Shown here piece after piece: positions 43,101 through 49,360 of a DNA stretch of 64,000 nucleotides. The stretch covers positions 76,796 to 140,795 of the forward strand of contig JAVBTN010000002.1 of NCBI GenBank assembly GCA_031556185.1, written 5' to 3'. The translations under genes and the position numbers were made by a program. The number at the start of each line of letters is the position of its first letter. Position 1 is the first letter of the stretch. The DNA is from Oscillospiraceae bacterium (GTDB lineage: Bacteria; Bacillota; Clostridia; Oscillospirales; UBA929). The notes below the pieces were generated by a model, which had not been told where the DNA came from, ran no database searches, and saw nothing but the letters and a program-made list of their open reading frames with translations.

Positions 43101-44175
43101 TGAGCTGGAAACGCATTTTGTACAGGTAAACGACCTGCCGAAACGTGTTGGACTGGAAATTGCCCTGGATCGGAGCGCTGGTGGTGTCGTAAATGCCGGC
43201 TTCGTATCCGGGGATGGTGACTGCGTTATAGGGGCCGTACGTGCCGAAAGACCACGAGTGGTTCTCGGCCAGCAGCGGAATCTTAAATTCATACTCTTTA
43301 TGAACAACTTCGACGGTGCCGCGGTACAGGTGGCTAAAGTCGCTATCGAGGTCTTCATACATGAACTCGACTCTCAGGACGCTGCCCGCTTGAACCGTGA
43401 CGGACTTTGTGGCAACGTCAGCCAGCCTCCAATGGGGAATGTTTTTGGCTACGCACTGCACAACTGTTCCGCCCAAATAGGAGTTCCAGTCGGATCCGAT
43501 TTCGTCGCGAATGTCGTCTTTGTTGAGGAAAACGATCTGAACCATGCCGATTTTTCTGGCCTGCTGCTTGGCATACTGTTCATAGTAGGGGTTGGTGTCG
43601 GCCATGGCAGACATGCCGCCGGATTTTCTGACGGTGCCATCCACATAGTGGAAGACATACTCCATATCCTCCGTGACATTGCTGAATGTGTAGCTGTCGT
43701 CACCGGCGATCTTGTATCCGGCAATCTCGGGCGCATAGATCGTCTTGCTCTCACCATTGAGAACGCCAAAAGACTCGGTGGTAAACAGTCTGCCGTTTGT
43801 GTCGTCAAAGTACTTGACAGTTATGTAGGATCTGTCGGGTTTTTCAACCTCAACGGCAGGCTCTTCCGTCGGCTCCTCCTCAACGTCAGCCGAAGGTTCC
43901 TCGGCAACGCCATCCGACGGTTCTTCGCTTACTGTGGGCTCTTCTTCTGTGCCAGGTTCATCGATGGCAGGCTCCCCTTCTGCTGTTTGCCCTTCATCGG
44001 CCGGTTCAGGCAAGATTGCTTCCTGCCCGTCCCCTTGAGTTGGCGGCACGTCGCTCTCCGTGACTTCCGGGACTCCCTGATCCGGTGCCAGCTGCATGCC
44101 GGCGCCAGCACTGGGAATCACCAAAGACACGAGAAGGACGCAAGCCAGAAACAAACTCAGTACTCTTTCCTTCAT
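31171..44175 (-). CDS. Giant (4,334 aa) cell-wall-anchored MucBP/CnaB repeat adhesin
   Basis: Uninterrupted 13,005-nt ORF. Signal peptide MKERVLSLFLACVLLVSLVIPSAGA, then an acidic E/P/T-rich spacer. Eight supermodules are marked by (H/N/Y)ARP(F/I)(A/V)G(Y/F). Each contains MucBP-like beta-grasp units (e.g. YITVKYFDDTNGR..YTFSNVTEDMEYVFHY). There are 18 CnaB-like units (e.g. KKTWDDANNVKGSRPATLTINLYRDG..YVYTVDEATVPTGYTK). The C-terminus is MPRTGG + hydrophobic helix + KRRKKADQDK. Confidence 0.92.
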   Translation of the reverse strand: MKERVLSLFLACVLLVSLVIPSAGAGMQLAPDQGVPEVTESDVPPTQGDGQEAILPEPADEGQTAEGEPAIDEPGTEEEPTVSEEPSDGVAEEPSADVEEEPTEEPAVEVEKPDRSYITVKYFDDTNGRLFTTESFGVLNGESKTIYAPEIAGYKIAGDDSYTFSNVTEDMEYVFHYVDGTVRKSGGMSAMADTNPYYEQYAKQQARKIGMVQIVFLNKDDIRDEIGSDWNSYLGGTVVQCVAKNIPHWRLADVATKSVTVQAGSVLRVEFMYEDLDSDFSHLYRGTVEVVHKEYEFKIPLLAENHSWSFGTYGPYNAVTIPGYEAGIYDTTSAPIQGNFQSNTFRQVVYLYKMRFQLIEVKYWDDTNNVLIDSEYITVPYADSYTINARPFAGYTAKAPTSYTFNDITANQTYTFHYTKDNDGPGTKMGTVHIYGVNKDNPNEVLYNEFVSIEGGTTYSASRRTIGGWLPDAGDPGTKSILVVAENIVHIVFYYIKDGGVPVIPKGRVIVQHLDADNGYAILAQDEYEVVLTSFTTPGSYAVAPKSIPWYTYTGLAPGSDPISGAISAGQTRTVKFAYSQIKADIINGKKVWVDANNAKGARPGSITINLLRNGTVVAGQSKTINGTGNEWTFSYANLPKFDSRGNEYTYTVDEASVPADYVKTITGYTITNTYGGKFTVTAKKTWNDANNAKNTRPASVTINLFRNGVLLTSKPATAPTWQVAFDDLDEFNQGTGSKYVYTVDEATVPTGYTKVSVGNEANSYTINNKLSIFDNTIGVSGKKAWDDANDKLGIRPLSASMTINLLRDGTVVDSKAPDTSWNVFFSNLPEYNPATANKYVYTIDEAAVPTGYTKVSAGNEANNYTITNIPTAFNQTFNLNGKKTWDDANNVKGSRPATLTINLYRDGLLQTTTTTNASWNFAFNDLLVYNKLTGNKYVYTVDEATVPTGYTKVSTGNESNSYTISNILTIFESKIDISGRKVWDDANNASNTRPNSLTIKLFRDGTDSGLTQATDGAWGFTFSQVYEYNRTTGDKYVYTVDEATVPTDYTKVSVGNAANNYNITNRLSAFGDRVTINGRVAWDDANNAKNTRPASVQVVVYQDGVAMPGGPITTNGAGNWEFTFPNLPRINTVTGLPYVYTVDETAVPSGYEKVSAGNAGNNYTISNKLAIFSEKVTVTATKSWDDGGNAFNQRATSVVLSLHSDVVGSVDQNMTASAANNWKVSFVNLPKYNTTDANLITYTILEKTVPTNYTLISITKNGSDYDWVVLNRHEKMDEKITITGKKAWKDSEYKTGRPTNITVQLLANGTMVTSKVVSGTGDVWDFDFANQPRFSSTDGSPINYTVDEATVPTGYDKTIVGNVITNTLKTQYITVTYFDTTNNVVIDTEIVPVAYGSSPTLHARPFAGFTPVAPTTRTFANVTADTTYTFNYTKDSDGPGTLMGTIHIVHVNKANAKDVLYNEFVSLEAGKSQSFSSRTIAGWTFDTTDTSPKSATAIAGQVVVVTFRYTKDSGPVIDKDKALIVVKHVDANSGRLLTSDEYDVTAGAYGPYSQTSIPGYVYVGLDAASAPVSGTIAAGETKTIIFNYSIGMRYLTITYWNDTDNVAIEVESVPVAYGSTPTVHARPFAGFTPKSPTTYTFPTVTADATYTFHYTKDTIIPGTEMGTIHVIHVNKDNAKDILYNEYVNAEAGSILTFASRAIAGWTFDTTDTSPKTAVVVAQTTKQVIFRYTKGTGPVIDKDKALIVIRCEDATSGRLLSSDEYEITAGTYGPYNPTVIPYYTYKALKAGSDPVSGTVAAGGTKTITFLYDTKTLPTKEGQLTWVDDNNAYNTRPPSVVIAIYRDGVYQSSVTTTAALDWKYSFPNLPQFADDGHEYVYTVDEPTVPTGYNKTVSGMNITNTLKFQHINVVFWDDTNNVQIDTESVTAYYGSNKTVHARPFAGYTAKAPITYTFSNVTADATYTFHYTKDTDGPGTKMGTIHVKHVDKANAANVLYNEYASIEAGTSQTFASRTIAGWKFDTTDTSPKTATAIADTVVVVTFRYEKDDGPIIPEKGLIVIRHEDAVSGRLLFTNEDDVAPGNYGPYAPTSIPGYVYKELKAGSAAVSGTIAANETKTITFLYDKKTLPTQTGTLTWVDDNNAYNTRPAQVTINLYQNGTLYTSAVTNAAGGWTYSFPDLPELDDNGVPYVYTVDEPNVPVGYDKTINGMNITNTLKYQHINVTFWDDTNNKKIDSESITVFFGSTKTVYARPFAGYTAKAPTSYTFSNINGDVNYTFHYLKDTDGPGTKMGTIHVVHVDKDNAANVLYNEYVSIEAGTSQTFTSRTIAGWKFDTTDTSPKTATAIADTVVSLTFRYERDGGPVIPEKALIVVKNIDADNGRVLSSDEYEIAAGAYGPYEPITIPWYIYKDMAAGSAAKSGTIAAGETKTIIFRYEKEKLPTQTGKITWVDNDNANNTRPAQVTVQLFRNGELINSAVVTAAGNWEYSFPNLPKFDDNGTPYVYTVDEPNVPVGYDKTVNGMNITNTLKYQHITVTYWDDTNNVAIDTESVPVLFGSNPTVHARPFAGYTALTPTSRTFFNISGDATWTFHYIKNTDGPGTKMGTIHVVHVDKANAANVLFNEYVSIEAGTSQSFTSRTITGWKFDTTDTSPKTATAIADSVVIVTFRYEQDGGPIVIPDKALIIVKNIDAESGRLLSSDEYDVKAGAYGPYEPITIPWYTYKDMGTGSAAKSGTIAAGETKTIIFRYERTKIAEISGKKIWVDDNNSGTTRPASVTLNLFMDGVYVQDATANAAGNWEVKFTNLPKYDSKGREYVYTIDEANVPAGYTKTVSGMQVTNTLTDLVNVAGTKVWVDNNNAESTRPASLVITLLRNGTAYKTATVNTANWTYAFNGLPKYAPNGDEYVYTVDELTVPAGYTKLILGYNITNSLSQKTSVSGQKIWVDGNNFNSSRPASVVIQLKRNGTVVQTKSISAMGAGTFTFSNLAKMDATGTDFVYTVDEAAVPAGYTKTVSGNNITNTLTDVINIAGVKTWVDNNNAQGTRPASVTIELTRNNIHFTQVDVDTSGNNQYSFTGLSRLDGNGVAYNYAVREIGVPAGYTATVSGYNITNTLTDVVSVAGEKIWQDGGVTTSRPATITVNLYRNNVLADSKDISQAVNWQYTFSNLAKYDTAGNEYVYSVDEARVPPTYTKTISGYNIINRKVRVHVRTNFVCEGDPDFGSPYEDRTLFYGDSVTLFSRVFPGYTLISAPTKVFVNVTKDEEHTFYYVRDFAPAPGPGGGGVSDGSLAAGGASFAPLALGALGGISPSADSPQQAYAKKIAAQMCVIQVKCYNKDDDREMLCVDYYTVRNGETFTATARNNIKGWNVDGAATQTVTAVGGTTKTVIFKYTPTDVDKPDLEWMTYTTLEVLHFDRLVRSKPDDAIYAEYHDMLPDITYGPMLPVSFPGYQPGVHDATSAPVAGTISTTRGQVTTVVFLYDMRFVYLTVEFREEGTNTLLGSEVVVVPYSLGTTVHARPIVGYKPVDTAPRAFSNMTVDAKTVFYYTKDPVLPVMGTIQVIHRDKSNPNNQLLLEYITAEVGKDVQVTKRDIPGWTFDTADTSPKTVQAKQYELVTVTFDYVGAPPVIDKGLVIVKHLDKVTSAVLAEEEIEFIGSYSVGSKNIPAYTFDGLAPGSDPASGAIAAGATKTVTFLYVRDSITIEGEKVWVDQNDALGLRPDKLNIELYRNGSKVDTVEITKAAQWKYKFENLPEKDNAGNSYVYTLKEETVPTGYTAAVSADLKTITNTHAQGVISIEGQKVWDDGADSLGYRPTSLAINLFRNGTQYKTTVTNAAQGWAYKFENLPEKDGTGATYNYTVDEVIVPKGYEKTLFASDPTKINNGLKFRYITVTYWDDTNNKLIDTEIVPVVDGYDVTIHARPFAGYTPKSPTTHTITGVTADGAYTFKYTQDSTTPGKDMGTVHVLFVEKGNEKNVLYNEYVSANAGVTLTFKERTIAGWLYDSADPANKQATVEAGKVKTVKFLYTKDGGIPVDGKKALIVVRHEDADTGALLSMDEFDITAGSYGPYSQTVIPGYSFKQWKSTSATVSGTINAGQTKVIVFEYQANVGTQVELTIRYCISGTTTEIRTADKPKVTKGVNYTVYAPTITNYTLVSPSPYTFVNPQGGEIHTFYYTGNVGPINNPQNVIVSYVDATTNVKLLPDETFSVPYGGTITVTAKPISGYVAQSPTSYTLVNVISTRTVTFYYLKEEVDPATETPIPTPGDEETLTPTPPPITRPSTDVVLPTPPPTNSGPDGMPRTGGTDLGSLGLMAGVLLFGTGLLFAKRRKKADQDK
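31273..31287 (-). other. Sortase-type sorting motif variant MPRTG
   Basis: ATGCCGAGAACCGGT on the minus strand encodes MPRTG, followed by GTDLGSLGLMAGVLLFGTGLLFA and KRRKK. This is the classical tripartite wall-sorting signal, but with M instead of L at position 1. Confidence 0.6.
35659..39405 (-). repeat. Four in-frame tandem copies of a 936-939-bp (312-313 aa) coding supermodule
   Basis: The motif GGCGAAGG (antisense of the PFA codons of ARPFAG) recurs at 36475, 37411, 38347 and 39286, giving spacings of 936, 936 and 939 nt. Each unit translates as (L/M)(K/R)Y(Q/L)..W(D/N)DT(N/D)N...ARPFAG...GT(K/E)MGTIHV...TWVDDNNAYNTRP...TVDEPNVP.GY.KT..GMNITNT, i.e. three MucBP-like units plus one CnaB-like unit. 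Confidence 0.85.
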
Positions 44176-44826
44176 CTCTCATTATCCTTTCAAGTTGTAT
44201 CAAAGTGTTTCTCTCACTTTTTAAAGGGATATTACACCCTTTGGTGCACGCGAGTTACCCATAGTCCAGATTCACAGCCACAATCATATCATCTCCACCT
44301 CAAAGTGCTCTGACGACTCCAAATTTTTCATTTCTGTCAGCTTTTTGCACTGTCAATAAATTGGAAAATTTCGCCTGATTTTAGAGGTTACAATCAGCAC
44401 TGACATCATACTACATTTTGGAGTTTTTGTAAATACCCAACAGTACAATTGTGCAACCTGACAGGTATTTTTTTGTGAATTGTTGAATGTTGCAATTACT
44501 TGACGATTTATGCGCTTTTCGACACAGGTGCGTAGCGCGGCTCCGCTCTGTCCCGGATGCGCCATATACGCTGCCGAGGCCGCCTGTTTTCTCCGACAAA
44601 TACCCTCTCCTTTATTCACTGTTTCATCCGCACAAGGATGCGCGACGTGAGTAATAATACACGGCGGGGTTGCTCTCCATGCGTCGCCCGCACAACGTGT
44701 CAACAATACCTTACCATAATTCGGTCGGCTTCCGTAACTACCCCAACGGGTAGTTTTGTCCGGGCTCATCGCCATCCGCCTGTTTTCTCGCATGCTCCGC
44801 CGGTTTTGCGCCCGCGCACAAAAAGC

Positions 44827-44854
44827 TTGCTTTTCCTTCTCAAAACGGTATATT
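44827..44854 (+). promoter_or_regulatory. Candidate sigma-A promoter of AKR-capA pair
   Basis: TTGCTT (44827..44832), 16-nt spacer, TATATT (44849..44854). About 70 nt upstream of the ATG at 44926. Confidence 0.4.
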
Positions 44855-44925
44855 ATGTTTTTATACCTGCCTCGACCGGCCCATTTTGCCGGAGAACAAC
44901 AACGATTTGACAAGGAGATGCACCC

Positions 44926-46062
44926 ATGCAAACAAAACACATCCCCAAGCTCGGCATTACAACCTCCCGCTTGGGGTTTGGCGCCATGCGCATGCCAAAC
45001 ACCGACGGCACTGTCGACTATCCCGAGGCGGAAGCGCTTGTGGACTATTTGCACCAACACGGTGTGACATATTACGACACCGCCTGGTTTTACCATAGCG
45101 GGCAGTCCGAGCCTTTTTTGCGCCGCGCGCTTGTCGAGCGCTATCCGCGAGACAGCTTCACGCTGGCCACCAAGCTGCCTCTCTCCCAGTGCAAGACTCC
45201 GCAGGACATGCGTCTCATCTTTGACAAGCAGTGTGAAAACCTGGGCGTCGACTACATTGACTTCTACCTGCTGCACGGCATCGGGCTCGCCGATTGGAAG
45301 GCGTTTCAGGAGCTGGGGGCGCCCGATTTTCTGCGCGCGTTGCGCGAAGAGGGAAAAATCCGCTTTGCCGGCTTCTCGTTCCACGGGGAAAACGAAGAGC
45401 TTGCCCCTATTTTAGACGACTTTCCCTGGCAGTTCTGCCAGGTGCAGGTCAACTATGCCGACTGGTACCAGCGAAAAGCCGAAGAGCTCTACCGAGTTCT
45501 GACCGAACGCGAGATCCCCATCATTGTCATGGAACCGGTGCGTGGCGGCGGGTTGGCCAATCTGTATCCCGACATGGCGGAGCGGCTGCGCGCACTGGGT
45601 CCGGATGCCTCTCAGGCCTCTTGGGCGATGCGTTTTTGCGGCAGTCTGCCCCACGTGGACGTCATTTTGTCGGGCATGAGCACAATGGCGCAGTGCGAGG
45701 ACAATGTCAACACCTTCTCCCCTTTCCGTCCGCTGAATGAAGAGGACGGGGACGCGCTGCGCGAGGTGGCCGAGAGCTTTGACCGGCAACCGCTCATCCC
45801 CTGCACAGGCTGCCGCTATTGCGCCGACTGTCCGCAAGGCATCGACATATCCAAGCTGTTCCTCGCCTACAACAGCTACCGGCAGTTTCAGGCCGCCTGG
45901 CCGCTGCGGTTTGAGTACCTGCAAGCCACCCCTGCCGAACACCAGGCAACCGCCTGTGTGTCTTGCGGCCAGTGCGAGTCCATGTGTCCCCAGCACATCT
46001 CCATCATTGACGAGTTGGCCCGCGTACACGAATACGTGACGGACATGGTGTCGTCCTCATGA
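44926..46062 (+). CDS. Aldo/keto reductase with C-terminal 4Fe-4S ferredoxin-type domain
   Basis: LGFGAMRMP..YYDTAWFYHSGQSE..DFYLLHG AKR motifs, plus CTGCRYCADCPQGI and CVSCGQCESMCPQHI cluster motifs. AAGGAG RBS. Confidence 0.88.
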   Translation: MQTKHIPKLGITTSRLGFGAMRMPNTDGTVDYPEAEALVDYLHQHGVTYYDTAWFYHSGQSEPFLRRALVERYPRDSFTLATKLPLSQCKTPQDMRLIFDKQCENLGVDYIDFYLLHGIGLADWKAFQELGAPDFLRALREEGKIRFAGFSFHGENEELAPILDDFPWQFCQVQVNYADWYQRKAEELYRVLTEREIPIIVMEPVRGGGLANLYPDMAERLRALGPDASQASWAMRFCGSLPHVDVILSGMSTMAQCEDNVNTFSPFRPLNEEDGDALREVAESFDRQPLIPCTGCRYCADCPQGIDISKLFLAYNSYRQFQAAWPLRFEYLQATPAEHQATACVSCGQCESMCPQHISIIDELARVHEYVTDMVSSS

Positions 46063-47375
46063 GGCGATGCGCGCGCCCGGTCGCCTTGCTGTTGTCAGGG
46101 CTTCTTTTGTTGTTATGCCTGTATGGCTGCGCACAGCCGGTCGCCGAGACCGCGCCGCCGGTCACATCGTCCGTTGCACCGGAGTGCCCGGTTCCTTCCC
46201 CAACCCCATCCACACCCGCCCCCACGCCTACCCCAAAACCCACGCCCACCCCGGAACCTGATTTGTCCACAGAGCGGGTGAAGATTCAGCTGGCCGGTGA
46301 TATTTTGCTGCACACCGGCCCGGTCAAGTCGGCCAGGACGAACGACGGCTACAACTTCACGCCGTATTTCAGTCTGATCAAGCCCTTTTTGGACGGCGAC
46401 CTGTCCATATGCAACATGGAATCCCCCGTGGATGTCTATGGCGGCAACAGCAATCTCTCCTCCTACCCAATGTTCAACGTCCCGTACGAAATCCTGCCCG
46501 TCTTGCGCGACACCGGGTTCAACTTCCTGCTCACCGCCAACAATCACGCCTATGACAAAAAGCTCCCGGGTCTGGTGGCCACGAGGAAAAACATAGAAAA
46601 GGCGGGCGTCGACTTCACCGGCACCTTTGAAACCAAGGAGCAGTTTGAGCAATACAAAGTGCTTGACGTCAAGGGCATCAAGGTGGGCATCCTCAACTAC
46701 GCCGACGCCGACAACGGCATGGGCGTCACCATTCCCGCCGACAAGAGGCCCTATACCATGAAACGCTTCACATCAGCGTCACCCGAGAGCCTTCCCGGCA
46801 TGGTGCGCGATATCGAGGATCTTCGCAGCGCAGGAGCGGAATTTGTCGTCGTGGCGCTACACTGGGGCGCGGAATATGTTGACAAACCCACCGCTACGCA
46901 GGTGCAGATTGCGCGGGGACTCTGCAGCGGCGGCGCGGACGTCATTATGGGCGGACACCCACACTGCGTGCAGCCCATGGAGTGGTACACCGCCGAGGAT
47001 GGCCGTCAATGCCTCATCCTGTACTCTCTCGGCAATTTTTTTGCCGACCAGCTGGGCTTAAATCCGCCCAAGGCAAAAACGCAGTACGGCATGCTGGTCT
47101 CGCTGAACATTCGGCTTGACAAAAAGGGAAAACTCACGTGGGACGATGTGGATTACATGCCCACCTTGTGCCACCGGGTGTCCGACAAGCGCACGCCCAC
47201 AGGGTACACTTACAGGCTGCTGCCTGCGGGCGCCTACGCCCATTCGGCTGAGCGCCCGTCGCTGTTCACGCGAAATGAAGACTGGGAGAAGGCCAAAAGC
47301 GCCTATCAGCACGTCACAAAAATTGTAGGTGACGCTGTGCCGGTCAACGCCGGAACACTGTTAGAAAATCATTGA
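46059..47375 (+). CDS. CapA-family (PGA_cap metallophosphatase-like) lipoprotein
   Basis: Lipobox LYGC in MRRCARPVALLLSGLLLLLCLYGCAQP and a Pro/Thr linker. CapA motifs: IQLAGDILLH, CNMESPV, ANNHAYD, ALHWGAEY, GGHPH. The start overlaps the upstream stop (ATGA), suggesting translational coupling. Confidence 0.88.
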   Translation: MRRCARPVALLLSGLLLLLCLYGCAQPVAETAPPVTSSVAPECPVPSPTPSTPAPTPTPKPTPTPEPDLSTERVKIQLAGDILLHTGPVKSARTNDGYNFTPYFSLIKPFLDGDLSICNMESPVDVYGGNSNLSSYPMFNVPYEILPVLRDTGFNFLLTANNHAYDKKLPGLVATRKNIEKAGVDFTGTFETKEQFEQYKVLDVKGIKVGILNYADADNGMGVTIPADKRPYTMKRFTSASPESLPGMVRDIEDLRSAGAEFVVVALHWGAEYVDKPTATQVQIARGLCSGGADVIMGGHPHCVQPMEWYTAEDGRQCLILYSLGNFFADQLGLNPPKAKTQYGMLVSLNIRLDKKGKLTWDDVDYMPTLCHRVSDKRTPTGYTYRLLPAGAYAHSAERPSLFTRNEDWEKAKSAYQHVTKIVGDAVPVNAGTLLENH

Positions 47376-47400
47376 TTTTACGCGGCCTTTGTGGCATAAT
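47372..47400 (+). promoter_or_regulatory. Candidate sigma-A promoter of thrS
   Basis: TTGATT (47372..47377), 17-nt spacer, CATAAT (47395..47400) with TG at the extended -10 position. The leader is about 30 nt. Confidence 0.5.
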
Positions 47401-47433
47401 AATATGAACATTCTTTGCAAGGAAGGTGAGGCT

Positions 47434-49182
47434 ATGGCAGACTTCCCTATCAACGCGCTTCGTCACAGCGCCTCGCATATCATGGCGCAGGCGGTGCTGC
47501 GACTGTTTCCGAAAGCCCGGACGGCCATAGGGCCCGCCATTGAGAACGGATTTTATTACGACTTTGACGTGGACAAACCTTTTACCGCCGAGGAACTCGA
47601 AGCCATCGAAAAAGAAATGAAAGTCATTGTAAAAGAGCGATATAAAATTGAATCTTTCGACCTGCCGCGCGATGAGGCGTGTGCGCTGATGAAAGATCAG
47701 CCTTACAAGCTCGAACTCATTGACGAACTGCCCGAGGGTGAGCCCATTCACTTTTACAAGCATGGTGAGTTTACCGACCTGTGCGCCGGGCCGCATGTTG
47801 ACCACACGGGACGGGTCAAGGCCTTCAAGTTGCTGTCAGCCACCGGCGCCTACTGGCGCGGGGATTCCAACCGAAAGATGCTCTGCCGCATTTACGGCAC
47901 CGCGTTTGACAACAAGGAGGAACTCCAGGCGCATCTCGAGGCGCTCGAAGAAGCCAAAAAGCGGGATCACAACCGGCTGGGCCGGGAGCTGGAGTACTTC
48001 ACCACGGTCGACTACATCGGTCAGGGCCTGCCCATTCTCATGCCCAAAGGCGCGCGTGTCATTCAGTTGTTGCAGCGTTGGGTCGAGGATGAAGAGCAAA
48101 AACGCGGCTACTTGCTGACTAAGACGCCGATGATGGCCAAATCCGACCTGTATAAGATATCCGGCCACTGGGATCACTACCGCGACGGCATGTTTATCAT
48201 GGGCGACCCCGACGACGAGGAGGCCGAAGTGTTTGCGCTGCGGCCCATGACCTGCCCCTTCCAATTTCAAGTCTATCTGTCGCGCACCCGCTCGTATCGC
48301 GACCTGCCCATGCGCTTTAATGAGACATCCACCCTCTTCCGCAACGAGTCCTCTGGGGAGATGCACGGTCTCATCCGCATCCGCCAGTTCACCATTTCGG
48401 AGGGGCATCTGGCCTGCCGCCCCGACCAACTCGACAAAGAGTTTGAAGGTTGCGTCAATCTCGCCTCCCACATGCTCGAGACCGTGGGGCTCGACGAGGA
48501 TGTGAGTTTCCGTTTTTCCAAGTGGGATCCGCAAAACCGGGAGAAGTACATCGGCTCCGCCGAGCAGTGGGAGCAAGTGCAGGTCCGCATGAAATCCATT
48601 TTGGATCACATGGGCATCGTGTACACCGAGGCCGACGGCGAGGCCGCTTTTTACGGCCCCAAACTCGACATTCAAATTCGCAATGTCCACGGCAAAGAGG
48701 ACACATTGATCACCATTCAGATTGACTTTCAGCTGGCCGAGCGCTTCGGCATGGAATACACCGACTCCGAAGGCCAGAAGCAATTTCCCTATGTCATCCA
48801 CCGCACCTCGATCGGCTGTTATGAGCGCACATTGGCGCTGCTCATCGAAAAATACGCCGGCGCGCTGCCCGTCTGGCTTGCCCCGACGCAGGCCGTTGTG
48901 CTGCCGATCACCGAGCGTCAGCACGACTACGCACAGACGTTGTATCAACGTCTGGTGGACGCCGGGTTCCGCGTTGAGCTTGACGACCGCAACGAAAAGA
49001 TCGGCTTTAAAATTCGTGAGGCGCAGGTGCAGAAAGTCCCTTATATGCTCGTTGTCGGTGACAAAGAGATGGAGGGCGGGCAGGTCGCTGTGCGCGACCG
49101 GCGCGAAGGCGACATCGGCACGATGACCGTGGACGACTTTCTGTCCCGGCTGGCACAGCAGGTGGAGAGCAAGGCCAAATAG
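47434..49182 (+). CDS. thrS: Threonine--tRNA ligase (short form lacking the N-terminal TGS domain)
   Basis: Begins directly at the editing/second-additional-domain motif RHSASHIMAQAV..GPAIENGFYYDFD, then GAYWRGDSNRKML, class II catalytic core and anticodon-binding domain. GGTGAGG RBS before the ATG at 47434. Confidence 0.93.
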   Translation: MADFPINALRHSASHIMAQAVLRLFPKARTAIGPAIENGFYYDFDVDKPFTAEELEAIEKEMKVIVKERYKIESFDLPRDEACALMKDQPYKLELIDELPEGEPIHFYKHGEFTDLCAGPHVDHTGRVKAFKLLSATGAYWRGDSNRKMLCRIYGTAFDNKEELQAHLEALEEAKKRDHNRLGRELEYFTTVDYIGQGLPILMPKGARVIQLLQRWVEDEEQKRGYLLTKTPMMAKSDLYKISGHWDHYRDGMFIMGDPDDEEAEVFALRPMTCPFQFQVYLSRTRSYRDLPMRFNETSTLFRNESSGEMHGLIRIRQFTISEGHLACRPDQLDKEFEGCVNLASHMLETVGLDEDVSFRFSKWDPQNREKYIGSAEQWEQVQVRMKSILDHMGIVYTEADGEAAFYGPKLDIQIRNVHGKEDTLITIQIDFQLAERFGMEYTDSEGQKQFPYVIHRTSIGCYERTLALLIEKYAGALPVWLAPTQAVVLPITERQHDYAQTLYQRLVDAGFRVELDDRNEKIGFKIREAQVQKVPYMLVVGDKEMEGGQVAVRDRREGDIGTMTVDDFLSRLAQQVESKAK

Positions 49183-49360
49183 TCATTTTTCGATCCTATT
49201 CGTATTTTTTTGTCGCAATATTACTGTCTGTGTTCGTTTTCGACAGACGGGGGCGTAAGCCCCCGTTTCCTGCATTTTGTAATACCTGTCCCCCTGCCGC
49301 CGCTGTTGCCGCGCTGTGGGAGCAGATCAACGGCGCGGCGGCGCCGGAGAGAGTGTGAGT

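Noticed and set aside
31135-44313. Many long plus-strand ORFs (e.g. 35002..37629 at 875 aa, 37705..39096, 39157..40572) inside the mega-adhesin region
   Set aside because: All are antisense to the 13-kb ORF. They are V/G/R/D-rich mirror translations that repeat with the same 936-bp period, with no starts supported by RBSs.
44353-45384. 343-aa minus-strand ORF spanning the adhesin-AKR spacer and the AKR gene
   Set aside because: It overlaps the motif-rich aldo/keto reductase on the opposite strand, and has no RBS and no recognisable domains.
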